DNA of 64,000 bases, taken from positions 197,036,001 to 197,100,000 of the forward strand of contig OZ024740.1 of the NCBI GenBank assembly GCA_964016885.1. The letters are read 5' to 3'. The stretch comes from Eledone cirrhosa (Eukaryota). A model generated the notes under the pieces. It searched no databases and was not told where the DNA came from. It worked only from the letters and a program-made list of their open reading frames with translations. The position numbers and the translations under genes are program-made. Positions 40,803 to 53,317 of this stretch are shown here, one piece after another (within the stretch, counting starts at the first letter, position 1; each line of letters opens with the position of its first letter).

Positions 40803-40994
40803 TAATTGTTTCTACTTTTGGCACAAGGCCAGCAATTACCCCAGTGCATTACTGGTGCTTTATTTTATCAACCCCGTAAGGATGAAAGGCAAAGTTAACC
40901 TCAGCAGGATTTGAACTCAGAACGTAAAGGGCCATAACTCTATGCTGCAAAGCATGGTGTCTGACGCTCTACCGATACTGCCAAACCACCACCC
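40803..40994 (-). mobile_element. SINE family 1, full-length with TSD
   Basis: TSD ctacatcaataat at 40794-40806 and 40994-41006. Confidence 0.92.
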
Positions 40995-41423
40995 TACATC
41001 AATAATAACAAGTACAATTACAACATCACCTTCTGCTGCTGCTGTTACTACTACTACCACAACCACCACAATGGGTAGTATTAGAGGGGTGTCCTTAATA
41101 TCTGACTAACATTATTTTTCTTCACCCGCTGAGGTCAACTTTGCCTTTCATTCTTACGGGGTCGATAAAATAAAATACCAGTAATGTACTGGGTAATTGC
41201 TGGCCTTGTGCCAAAAGTAGAAACAATTATTTTTCTTCTCGCTTAGCTTCTCTTGTTTTTCCTTACATTCTATCATTTCTCATTATTTCTCTTTATCTCC
41301 CACCTCTCCAGACTACCACACTTGTCTCCCTCTTCCTCTACTTCACAGTCTCCAATTCTTTCTCCTTTACTCTGTCTCTCTTCCACTCATATTTTATTTC
41401 TTATATATATATATATGCATATA

Positions 41424-41749
41424 CAGTCCCCCCACCCTGGTATTCACATGGGTGGGGGGTATGTTCCTAGAGCACCCACGATGAGTGAAAAACCACGAAT
41501 TATTGGACGTAGTCCATAAAAATGCCTTTAAATGTCAAAATATAATAAAAAAAGAGGGAGCGTCTTATGTGAAGTAAGTCGGCAAATACGACATATTGTT
41601 ATTAATAATTTAGCCTTAAAAAAATATATATTGCCACGAAAAAAGCCATTAAAAAAATCATGGAAGGTATTTACGATTCCACGAATATGCGTTAGGTTCT
41701 AAGGAAAATTCCTCGAATAATCAGGACCTCGATTGTCGGGGGTACACTG
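41424..41749. mobile_element. Tigger/pogo-like MITE
   Basis: TA|cagtcccccc...cgggggtacactg ends with degenerate subterminal cgaat/acgaa repeats. Confidence 0.55.
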
Positions 41750-41960
41750 TGAGTCCCGGGTTCAATCGGGAGTAACCACAAGAAGTAAAGTACTCAATAC
41801 ATTAGTAGAGTGTATACAACACAATTTAATATAGAATTGGCTTCTACAGGACTAGCACTGTTTCATTTGAAGGAAATCATCAGGGCTTTCCTGATGATTT
41901 CCTCAGTATGAAATATTTCTAGTCCTGTAGAAGCCAATTCTATATTAAATTTTGTTATAT
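41750..41960. mobile_element. Palindromic Penelope-like terminal repeat with hammerhead-like core
   Basis: Arms 41823-41884 and 41890-41951 are inverted repeats with a ctgatga...gaaa...gta core on both strands. A second copy lies at 59443-59585. Confidence 0.6.
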
Positions 41961-43384
41961 ATAAATATATTCATATGTTCTTGCTAGCAGGGAAAATGGC
42001 TGTTAAATGATGATGATATACAGAATAAGAGGTTGTGTGTATCTGGTTCAGGATTTGTGTACCATAAGGTGTTGTAAGAAGTGACTAAAAGTGTTGTAGT
42101 CCAGAAGGGCATCCAGCTGTAAAGCTTTGCCTTAAAATGTCCCATTTAATCCATGCCAACCTGGAAAAGTCAATAAAAATAGTGATGATAATGATATATG
42201 TTTGCGTGTGTGTGTTATATAATATATATATATATATGTGTCAGTTTATAGGCGATGAATTGGCAGAGTCGTTAGAACGCCGGATAGACTGCTTTATGGT
42301 ATTCATTCTGGCTCTCTGCTTTCTGAGTTCAAATCCCACTGAGATCAACTTTGCCTTTCCTTTCATACTTTCGAGGTCGATAAAATAAAGTACCTGTCTA
42401 GCACTGGAGTCGATTCTTCCTCTATATATATCTTTCTCATTTCCTCTCTCTCACTTTCTATCTTTCTCTCGGAGATATTTGGAAGAAATCTGCGGTACTC
42501 TGGCCTGGAGAGGGATGGGCTCCGCCAAGCTTTAAAATGCTCCAGAAGCACTGTATGTCAATACGGCGCCCCTATGACTCAGGAGTTATGAGGCCATACA
42601 TACATGTCAGTTTATCAACAACACTTAAAATAACTGGGAATGTTTCTGACTCACATGAAGAAATCACCCAACATGTAGCTGTTTAATGAAGATGGGCAGT
42701 ATATACTATACTTATAAGTAAGGTTTGGCTAGGCATCATGAAAGGCATCTGGCTATAGCAAATTCTACTGGAATAACCTGCACATAAAAATGTATAAAGA
42801 CATCCAGTCCTGAACTCATAATTGTTTCAAGGTCTGTGAATAGAAGAATACACCAGTGTGCTAAATTCCTAACTGAATTCAACCTTGAGTATGAATGCAT
42901 TCATACAAGACTTTGAACAATCCTTGCTATCTATTTATTAAAAACTAGTTTTCTATTTGTTCAGAAGAGGAAGGTTTCCAATGTGGGTAGGGGGAGAACC
43001 AACTCACAAACTGAAAGTCTGGTCTAAATGCTTGCAACAGACCAGACACCAATAATGGCAGCCAAGAGCCAGGTGTTGGTGCTAAACCAGGCAACAAAAT
43101 AAGTCTAGGTATTAGCCTTCCAATAAGCTTCCATACAATTCCTCTTTGTTGAATCTCACTCACAAGTCTTGGTCAGACCCAAGGTTAAGGTAAAAGACAT
43201 CTGTCCAACATGCAGTACAGTGGAATCAAAACTAGAATAACATAATTAATAACGAACCAACAACTAGTTGACCAAACTAACATATCTAAGCCAAGAAAGT
43301 AATAAGGTTAAGCAATATCAGCACTGAATAAAGCTCCAATTGATTGAGTTAAAGTTCAATTCAATTCAATAAAATTTATTATTA

Positions 43385-43998
43385 TATCATCATGATTTTA
43401 CATCCGCTTTTCCCTGCTTGCAAGGGTGGGACAGGTCCTATTCAGCACAGCATCTCTCCACTTGTCACGGTCCTTCGTCATCTCCTCCGTGAGCTTCAGC
43501 TATCTGAGGTCACCCTCACCACCTCCGCCCATGTTTTTTGTGGTCTTCCTCTACTGCGTCTTCCTTCTACTGAGATTTCTTGGCACTTCTTTACTCAGCA
43601 GTCATCCTCCATGCGCATCACATATCCATACCATCTCAGTCTTCTATCCCGCAACACCACAATTTATCCCTTTTATACACAGTTTCTCTCTCAACTCATC
43701 TATGCTTGGTCATTCACGCACATCCAATGGAGCATGCTTGCTTCATTTCTCTCCAGCCGTCGCATATCTTCTGTAGTTGCTGCCCATGTCTCACTACCAT
43801 GCAGCATTGCACATCTCACATAGGCATCATATAACTGGCCTTTCGTATGCAGGGAGAAACCCTTCTTTGTCAACAGAGGAAGCAGCTCCCTAAACTTCTT
43901 CCAACCCGTCCTTATTCTAGATACTGTGGCCTCGGAACACACACCCCCTCCCATGCTAATCTGATCACCTAGGTACCGGAAGCTATCAACCACTTCCA
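43385..43998 (-). mobile_element. RTE LINE 3' fragment (subfamily B), antisense to host gene
   Basis: EVVDSFRYLGDQISMGGG...LHGSETWAAT; 3' end cccacccttgcaagcagggaaaagcggatgtaaaa on the minus strand. Confidence 0.92.
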
Positions 43999-46839
43999 AA
44001 ATGGGAAAAGAAATGAGAACATGGTTTGTTTGTTGGTATCTTAAGCAGCAACTGGACAAGATGGCTGACAGCTTGCACTCTACTTTTATATAAATATTAT
44101 CTTGCATTGTGTTAGGGTCAAACTCTCAGAAGGAGGCGTAGGCATGTGATTGATCACCTGGCTTACTACAAATGCATTCAGCATATGTGCATCAGTGCTT
44201 GTAGCTTTAGACTTGCGTGTGACATTTGAACCTCTGATACTATTTTACTTGTGAGCCTTTTATAAAAAGATAGGCAAAGATCAAGCCTATTCTATTATGT
44301 ATTTGTTCACATAGAAAGGTTTTTGTACAAATCCAATATAATCAAGAAGATTTAAGAAAATTATGAGTGGATGAATGCCTTTTGAGAAAACTTTAGGTGA
44401 TATAGAATAAAATGAAAATTAAGGCAAGGATCAGCAATACATTCTAATTAGTTGTTTGGAGCTAAATACTTCTCCATTAAAACTGTTCTCTGTTTCTTAC
44501 CTTTATTCAATAAATCAGAAGTCATCATCATCACCACCATCGTTTAACGTCCATTTTCCACGCTAGCATGGGTTAGACGGATTGTCCCATTAGAGGCAAG
44601 TTGGGTCAGGTGACCATGTCTTACTCATATAGAACTGTTTCTGGCTAGATTTATACAGTTGAATGCCCTTCTTAATGCCAACCACATCTACAGTGTGGGC
44701 TGGTAATCTTAAATTCCTACGAAGTATTTAAAATTAATAATTAGAGTAATTGACCTAAAATACAGAGTCACCATTTAATAGTGAGGATCCTGGTACTACA
44801 ATAAAATGCATGCAGTGCTCACAATAAAGGGGTTCGCCAAAGAGTAGAAACAGTGTAAGGTTGAGAGGACCTTTTAGTTTTGTTGAAGACATAACAACTT
44901 TTTTAGTGTTGGTTTTCGAAAGGGTATCTAGTCCTATAAACTATGCCAAAAATTGTAATGCACAAACAAGATGTGGTCTTTCAATCCAACTCATGGCAGC
45001 ATGGAAAGCAGGTATAATATGATGATGAAGTTGATGATGATGATGATGATGATTAAACTTGGGAATATCCTGTATTAAAATAGATTCAAGCAATTATACT
45101 ATGAGTCATACTGACCCTAACCTAAAAGAAAAAAACATATGGAATAATTTAGCATACAACATCAACTGCTCAAACCTTTTAGTTTAGAGATAATATTTTA
45201 GTGATTGAGAAATGATAGGTTGATAAGAGAGTACTGCTGAACTATAATACATCAAAGTCTATCAATTTTTACCAAGATCATTTCATTTCTGGCATTTAAT
45301 CGAATCCTTGCTAGCAAATATAGAAATTTATGAAAATGATAATAATAATTCTATCATTTATCATTTCTTCATATTTGAATGATGCTGTTACCACTTCTCG
45401 ATTAAGTCTGACTGTGTACTTTATATTTTATTTTAATTTTATATTTTCTTTTATAAAGATTAAAGTTTAAACAAATTGATATTGGCAATTGATTGAAGGT
45501 CATTGGAAACTCTTTAGGAACTAAAAATTATCATCTACAAAATCATTCACCAAGACAAGTTATTGACAATTCCTTGATGTGGGTCTTTAAAAAAGTCTAA
45601 AGTCTGAACCCGGAAGCTCATGAGGCCAGTGCTTATCATAGTTTTCATAGCATTAAGTGACTAAGAGTACAAGACTCCTCCTTGGACGGACAGAATGTAC
45701 ACATGTGTGTGCGAGCATGCACACACACATGATGGATTTCTATCTATCAAATTTCACTCACAAGGCATTGGACAATTTGAGGCTATTGAAGAAGACACTT
45801 GCTCAGGGGATCAAACTCCAGACTATATGGTTGCAAAGTAAACTTCTTAACCACATGACCAGGCCTATGATTCTTATATCAGTTTTTAATGAAATTTCTT
45901 ATTTTTTTAAGACTCAATCTATATATATAAAAGAGAGATGTTTATTGGTTGGCTGGTTGAATCACAAGAAAACTAAACACACACATATCTAAAGAGGGGG
46001 AGACAGAAAGAGAGAGATAGACCATTATACAGAGAGATACAATTAAAGTGTTAGATATTCGGAGAGAGAGAAAGTAACGTCCCACGAAAGTCTTGAAATG
46101 ACTTAAACTATAGATCCTTTGCGTTAGCTTTTATAAAGTCGTTTTACAATCTTTGATTTTACAGAACAAAGAAAAATTGATACTATTTGAAATTAATCTA
46201 CCCTCCAGTTTTTATCCATATACTACTTACAGACCATACTAACAAAACTAAACACTTCAAAAGCAATGTTATACAGTATTGCTGCATTTCAGATGATGTC
46301 TTTTGGAGCTGAAAAAGATCATACTGACTATGGTTATTTCACAACATTTAAAATCCAAGGATAATGCTACCATTACTCCCCCAGCTTAATAAGGAAGTTT
46401 TATGATTGTTTTGTTTATGTCTCTCTCACACATTATGGTCTCACCTCATACCAGACAGCACATCCAATACAGTCATTTTCTCTTTACATCTATCTTCTCT
46501 TCACTATTCTCCTGGGCGAAGCCGGGTACCTCAGCTAGTAAAACAATTAGCAACACAATATCAGATTTATTTAATCATTTATGTAATCACCATTTTTCTC
46601 TATGACCTCTTTCCATCTGTCAATATGCCTCATTCATAAAATCTTGAACTTTTGGTGAAAATGTTGCTAATTATTTCAATGTAAAACTTCAATTACTCTG
46701 TCATAAAAGTATCATCTCAGTCTCTAATCCCCTGGCTAATTAGGGTTTTAGTTTGTCAGGTGGGCTTTCTGATGGACCGCCTCAACTATAACTATTTACC
46801 ATATATACTTGATATAATTTGCAGTCTCTTTGTGTTTAC

Positions 46840-47265
46840 AATAGTTTCTGATTTAGGCACAAAGCCAACAATTTGGGGGAGGAGTCAATTAAATCGACCC
46901 CAATACATTACTGGTACTTTATTTTATTGACCCTCTAAGGATGAAATGCAAAGCTATCCTTAGTGGGATTAGAACTCAGAACATAAAGATGCATAACTAT
47001 ATGCTGCAAAGCATGTTGTCCAATGCGCTACCGGTACTACCAATCCACCACCCTTTGTGCTTATAATAATCTGATGGTGGTTTGGCAGTATCGGTAGAGG
47101 GTCGGACAACAGGCTTTGCAGCACAGAGTTACGCCCCTTTCTGATCTGAGTTCAAATCCTGCCGAGGTTAACTTTGCCTTTCATCCTTACAGGGTCGATA
47201 AAATAAAGTACCAGTAATGTACTAGGATAATTGCTGGCCTTGTGCCAAAAGTAGAAACAATTATT
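46840..47265. mobile_element. Two SINE family 1 copies, head-to-head
   Basis: 46840-47053 (-) and 47074-47265 (+), separated by about 20 nt. Confidence 0.9.
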
Positions 47266-48299
47266 TAATATTTCTAGCCCAGTGCACAGTTTGTTAAATA
47301 AGTCGCATGCAGCTTTTCTCATCCAATTCTTTTCTTTTTTTTTTTAAAGTAAAAAAACTGACTTATCTACAACTATATAAAGTAATCTACTTGGTCATAC
47401 TGACATTACTCAAAAAATTATCTAACACAGAACAACTTGATAAGAAAATATCTTTATCTCTGATGATGGCTGTTAAGAGAGGAAATTAAACTGAATATAT
47501 ACTTACATGCTATTTAAAATAGCATATAGATAGATAAAAGAAGCCAAAGCATTAATACTATAACTATTATTCATAACTAAGAACTTAGTTAAACGCAGTT
47601 GAAATGGGGCCAAAATCAGGTGTTTTAACTAAAAATAATCTAAATTTAAAACATGACCAGAAAAAATTTGAAATAAAACATTTATTCATTTGGGAACTGA
47701 ATTTCAATTATGAAATGCTTGTTTTATATGTCAATGTGCCAATCTTAGACAGAAATATTAATTTCTAATGTCAATAACTGGCCTAGTACCATTGTATATG
47801 AAGATTGCATTCTATAAACAATTTTCTGTTTGTTCTGAAATCATTGTTTCAACACTAATATTTTTGATAATATAAATGATTTCAATAAATGCTGTTATTC
47901 AGAGGTGATATTTTCAACCTAGGTAGTATTCTCATCCTTTTTAACATAGGTTGACTAGTTTTGCAAATTCATATAATTTTTTTAGAATTGTTAGCATACT
48001 TGATTTATAGCTTTGTTGTTTTTGTTAATAACTGCTACTTAAACAGATGTAGGAGTACCTTTTATAGCGTACAAGATTAAAACTGTAGATAGGTAATATC
48101 TAGAATTTACCTTGTCTGATTTAATAAGACATGCCTGTGTGGTTAAGAAGTTCTATTCACAACCAGGTGGCTTCACGTTCTATACCACACCATTGAACTT
48201 TGAGCAAGAATATTCAGCTTTTGCCTTGGCCTGACCAATGCCTTGTGAGTGAAATTTGGTAGACAGAAAATATGCGGAAGTTTGTCATATATACATATA

Positions 48300-48690
48300 T
48301 TCTCAGCTATTAAGATGCCTATACCTCCTGCCCCATCGTCATTTCCTACCCAGTAGAGTTTATATCTCTGTTGTTTGCCTATGATTAGTCTCACTGAGTC
48401 ACCCTTCCATCTCTCACTTCTTATACACAGCATGCATCTACTTCTCTTCTCTCTAACAGTTCCACAATTTCACCCGATTTACTTTTCAGGGTGCCAGCAT
48501 TGAGGGTGGCAGTCCTAATATTTGTACATTGACAGTCGTTATTTCCTTGTTGAGTAGAAGTTCTATGTACTCATTCTCTCTCTCCTTCTCTGGAAGAAAT
48601 CCGCTGTGTGTTCCAACCTGGAAAGGAGATGGGCTCTGTCAGGTTTTAAAAATGCCCCGTGTGTTGACCTCCCCCCATACAACTCCATAC
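48300..48690 (-). mobile_element. RTE LINE 5' end: 5' UTR plus start of APE endonuclease
   Basis: Minus strand reads NIRTATLNAGTLKSKSGEIVELLERREVDACCV*EV(fs)RWKGDSVRLI...YKLYWVGNDDGAGGIGILIAE (APE motifs I-III). A related 5' UTR fragment lies at 42475-42580. Confidence 0.85.
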
Positions 48691-48696
48691 ATACTA

Positions 48697-49910
48697 TCAT
48701 CATCATCATCATCATCATCAGTTTAACATTCACTTTTCTACACTAGCATGTGTTAGACAGGTTGTCCTGTTTGGGAAAGTTGGTCACGTGACCATGTCTG
48801 CTCACACAGAACTGTTTCTAGCTTGGTTTCTACAGCTAAATGCCCTTCCTAATGCCAACAGTATGGGCTGGGTGCTTTTTGTCGTGACTCCTATATGACT
48901 ACTTTACAGTGTGTACTGGGTGCTTTTTGTCATGACTCCTACATGATCACTTTACAGTGTGGACTGGGTGCTTTTTGTCATGACTCCTACATGATCACTT
49001 TACAGTGTGGACTGGGTGCTTTTTGTCATGACTCCTACATGATCACTTTACAGTGTGGACTGGGTGCTTTTTGTCATGACTCCTACATGATCACTTTACA
49101 GTGTGGACTGGGTGCTTTTTGTCATGACTCCTACATGATCACTTTACAGTGTGGACTGGGTGCTTTTTGTCATGACTCCTACATGATCCCTTTACAGTGT
49201 GGACTGGGTGCTTTTTGTCATGACTCCTACATGATCACTTTACAGTGTGGACTGGGTGCTTTTTGTCATGACTCCTACATGATCACTTTACAGTGTGGAC
49301 TGGGTGCTTTTTGTCATGACTCCTACATGATCACTTTACAGTGTGGACTGGGTGCTTTTTGTCATGACTCCTACATGATCACTTTACAGTGTGGACTGGG
49401 TGCTTTTTGTCATGACTCCTACATGATCACTTTACAGTGTGGACTGGGTGCTTTTTGTCATGACTCCTACATGATCACTTTACAGTGTGGACTGGGTGCT
49501 TTTTGTCATGACTCCTACATGATCACTTTACAGTGTGGACTGGGTGCTTTTTGTCATGACTCCTACATGATCACTTTACAGTGTGGACTGGGTGCTTTTT
49601 GTCATGACTCCTACATGATCACTTTACAGTGTGGACTGGGTGCTTTTTGTCATGACTCCTACATGATCACTTTACAGTGTGGACTGGGTGCTTTTTGTCA
49701 TGACTCCTACATGATCACTTTACAGTGTGGACTGGGTGCTTTTTGTCATGACTCCTACATGATCACTTTACAGTGTGGACTGGGTGCTTTTTGTCATGAC
49801 TCCTACATGATCACTTTACAGTGTGGACTGGGTGCTTTTTGTCATGACTCCTACATGATCACTTTACAGTGTGGACTGGGTGCTTTTTGTCATGACACCT
49901 ATACAACCAC
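48697..49910 (-). mobile_element. RTE 3' UTR fragment hosting an expanded minisatellite
   Basis: (cat)n tail at 48697-48720, then 3' UTR homology to 34920-35170 (reverse complement) running into the 48-bp array. Confidence 0.85.
48858..49910. repeat. 48-bp minisatellite, about 22 near-identical copies
   Basis: Unit actttacagtgtggactgggtgctttttgtcatgactcctacatgatc; no spacers; one internal variant (atgatccc) near 49189. Confidence 0.97.
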
Positions 49911-50199
49911 TAAGACAGGATGATCATGGCTGGATCTGCTTGATTAGAACTGACCTTGGGTTAAACAACAAAGGCATCTCTTGTTTGTCAGAGAATGAAG
50001 TGGAAGAAAAATTTGCTTTCTTTTCCTTTTCTTTCCTTTTCTATGTTCTTCTTCAACATTATTCATTACTTTTTTCTTCTTCTTCTCTATTGGATGTAAG
50101 AGGTCATGTATGTTGTTTTGACTGTTACCAGTTTGTTGTGCATCATTGTCAGCTGCAATAGCTGTCTTCTCTCTCTGTGGAACTGATAGTAAACACACC

Positions 50200-50675
50200 C
50201 TCATGCACACACATGCACATACTCTCTCACACACACACACTCTCTATCTATCTCACACATACTCCCTCTCCATCACACACATACTCCCTCTCTTTCTCTC
50301 ACTCCCTCTATCTATCTAACACACACACTCTCTATCTTTCTATCACTCCGTCTATCACACACACACTCCCTCTCTTTTTTCCACTCCCTCTATCTATCTC
50401 ACACACGCTCCCTCTCCCTTACACACATACTCTCTCTCTCTCTCTTTCTCTCACACCCTCTATCTCACACACACACACACATATACACACTTATTTGCAA
50501 TCTCTCTCTTTCTCTTTCATTCTCTCACACATACACACACTTCCCCACACCCTCTCACATACACATGCTCCCCCTTCTCTCTCTCATTCTCACACACACA
50601 CACACACACACTTCTCCCTCTTTCACACACACACACACACACTTCTCCCTCTTTCACATACACACACACCCACAT
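50200..50675. repeat. (CA)n/(CT)n compound low-complexity tract
   Basis: Alternating cacaca and ctctct runs; source of the spurious H/T/S/L-rich ORF. Confidence 0.9.
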
Positions 50676-51078
50676 GTAGCCACTATTTCACTATTTATGT
50701 GTTTCTGTTTAACCTTGAAACCACACAAGCAGTAAATATTCATCAAGCAAATTATACTATAATTCCATTCTGGGTGGGGATGGCTGGGAGAGAGAAAAAC
50801 AAACAAAATTCCCACCAGGCTCCATGCTGCTACTGCTTCTCCTCCTCCTCCTTCTTCTTCTTCACTATTTACTATACACCCATCAGGGCTCTTCCCCTCT
50901 TCCCCCCCATCCCCACTACTATTTACTTATTTCCCTGTACCCTCCTACATTATGTTGCCACCCTACTGTAGTTTTAGCGGGCATTCTTAAACATCTGCCA
51001 AAGATTACAAGAGATGAATGAAGATGAGATGAGATGAGATGACAATAACAACTCCCACCACACAAACCCTTGGAAAAG

Positions 51079-51124
<46 letters not shown>

Positions 51125-51204
51125 CAATGACTACCAGGACAGATATACCCCCATCTTTTCAAATAGATACACCCCCTACAATAAAGTGGTTCTAGTTGTA
51201 GAAG

Positions 51205-51560
51205 ACATGGTGTAGGGGTAGTTGTAGTGATGGTGATGGTGGTGGTTTTTGTTGTTGGTGGTGGTGGTGGTAGTGGTTGGTGATGGTGCTGGTACTGATG
51301 GTGTTAGTGGTGGTGGTATTGGTTGGTAACGGTAGGGGTACTGATAGTGTTAGTGGTAGTGGTATTTATGATGGTGGTGGTAGTGGTAGTGGTATTGGTG
51401 GTGGTGGTATTGGTGGAGGTGGTAGTGGTATTGATGGTGGTGGTGGTGATAATGGTATTGATGGTGGTGGTGGTATTGGTGGTGGTGGTGGTGGTAGTGG
51501 TAGTGGTATTGGTGGTGGTGGTAGTGGTAGTGGTAGCGGTATTGATGGTGGTGGTAGGAA
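51205..51560. repeat. (GGT)n/(GTA)n trinucleotide tract
   Basis: Degenerate ggt/agt/att triplets giving spurious poly-Gly, poly-Val and poly-Pro ORFs. Confidence 0.9.
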
Positions 51561-53116
51561 GGTATTTTTTGTTGTTGTTCTAGTTCTATTCTTTCTTAAA
51601 CATGAGTTCATTCTCAAGTACTAAACTTCAATGTTACATATACAGTATTTCTTAAGTGTTGTTATCTTTGCTGTCTTGAAGACTTTATGTGTGTTGAAAT
51701 CTTTGTTGTAGTCTACTTCTCTAGTTAACAAATTGACTAACTCAGTAAATTGGCAAAGTTGTTGGGCAAAATGCCCATGATATTTGTTTTAGCTGTCTGC
51801 ACTCTGGGTTCATATTCAACCTAGGTCAACTGGCCATTCATCTTTTAGAGTTGATAAAAGTACCAATCTAGGGCATCGTTAGAGCATCTGATGAGATGCT
51901 TTCTGGTATTTGTTTCAACTCTTTGTGTTCTAATTTCAAATCTCATTGTGGTCTACCTACATGTGTGGTAGGCTTAATTAGTCAGTTGGTGGTTTTAACA
52001 CCACCACGTAACTCCTGTGAACCCTTGTGGAGTTCACTCTGTTGAAAACATTTGATCCAAGTCTTCAGTTTGAAGGAACCTTCCTTTGTTCCTCCCACAA
52101 GTGACAAGGCCCTGAAAACGGTCATGGGCACTGATTTTCACTTCCTAGCTAAGAAGTAAAAAATAAAAATGAATGGTCTGATCATTCTATGGAAATCCAC
52201 AAACTCATAATCTCTAATAAATGCTTTCACAGGATGGTGACCCCCTCCAATATAATATCTGCACCCCCCCAAAAAACATGTTTCCTTTTCAGAGTAAGAA
52301 AATACTTCAGCGTTGATCACTTACTGACCCCTTACTTGTTGATTATGATAGACCTACTTTAGAGTACTCTTCACATACTTGGATCAGTGTTGTTGCTATA
52401 ACATACAAACATGGAAGACTATCTAAAAAGAGTCATCCAGCTGATTGACAAATATTAACTTACCAACACGCAACAATCACAGGTGCATAGCCCATGGTTG
52501 TAGTATGTTTTTCTCTCTACCTCTTCTACTTTTAAGAAATTACATGTTTATAGCTCCATCCAAGCTCACACTCAATGTACCTGTCCTTTCTCCTCTCATC
52601 TGCCAAACCTTACACTATGCATTTTCCAGATCATTCCTCTCTAGATTGCAGCCATCTTGAATCCCTGTTTTGTCCACATTTTACCTCCAGGAATCAACTT
52701 TTCATAAGTTCAAGTCTGATTGGGCCTGTAAAAGTTATAGACACCTTCTTTCCTTCAACTAAATATATAATATAAAAGCAGTGAATTGGCAGAAGCATTA
52801 GTGTGTTGGATGAACTAATTTGCAATATATATTTTGCCTTGTTGATTTCAGAATTCAAATCGCACTGAAGTAAACATTGCTTTCATTTCAAGGTTCTATA
52901 AATAAAGTACCAGTCTAGTGCAATGGACTAGCAGAAGACATGAGGCTTCTTTGTTTTTGTTCCAGCTTGTTGTATTCAGAGTTCAAATCCCATTATAGCT
53001 TTCTTGATTAGTAGACTTGATCCATTGCCTCATTTAATACTGCCACCACCTGGACCTTGGGTACTTTTAGCAGAATTCACTTTGTTGCAAACATTTGAGC
53101 CAAGTCTTCAGTTTAA

Positions 53117-53317
53117 CCCTTTAGCATTTACATTACTCTATATTTACTATTGTATTTTTGTGGTAAAGGCTTTATCTCACATAATATCAAAGCTTCGAGA
53201 TTTTGATGTTATTTATTTTGAGAACAATACCTTATCGTTGGTATGAGTGGCCAGTTAGGTTGGTTTGAACAGAAAGAAGTGAGAGAAATCTGGCTGGATA
53301 TGGCCGGTTTAAATGCT
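53117..53317. mobile_element. piggyBac-type MITE with damaged right end
   Basis: TTAA|ccctttagcattta...; the right TIR stops at taaatgct and is followed by foreign sequence. Confidence 0.82.

Noticed and set aside
48895-49923. 342-aa ORF of (MITLQCGLGAFCHDSY)n; also a superficially CRISPR-like array
   Set aside because: The 48-bp unit is a multiple of 3 and happens to lack a stop in one frame. It derives from a LINE 3' UTR, shows no synonymous variation, and has no spacers or cas genes.
50177-51624. His/Thr/Ser-rich, poly-Gly, poly-Val and poly-Pro ORFs
   Set aside because: Translations of (CA/CT)n and (GGT)n low-complexity tracts with no splice-consistent link to the host gene.
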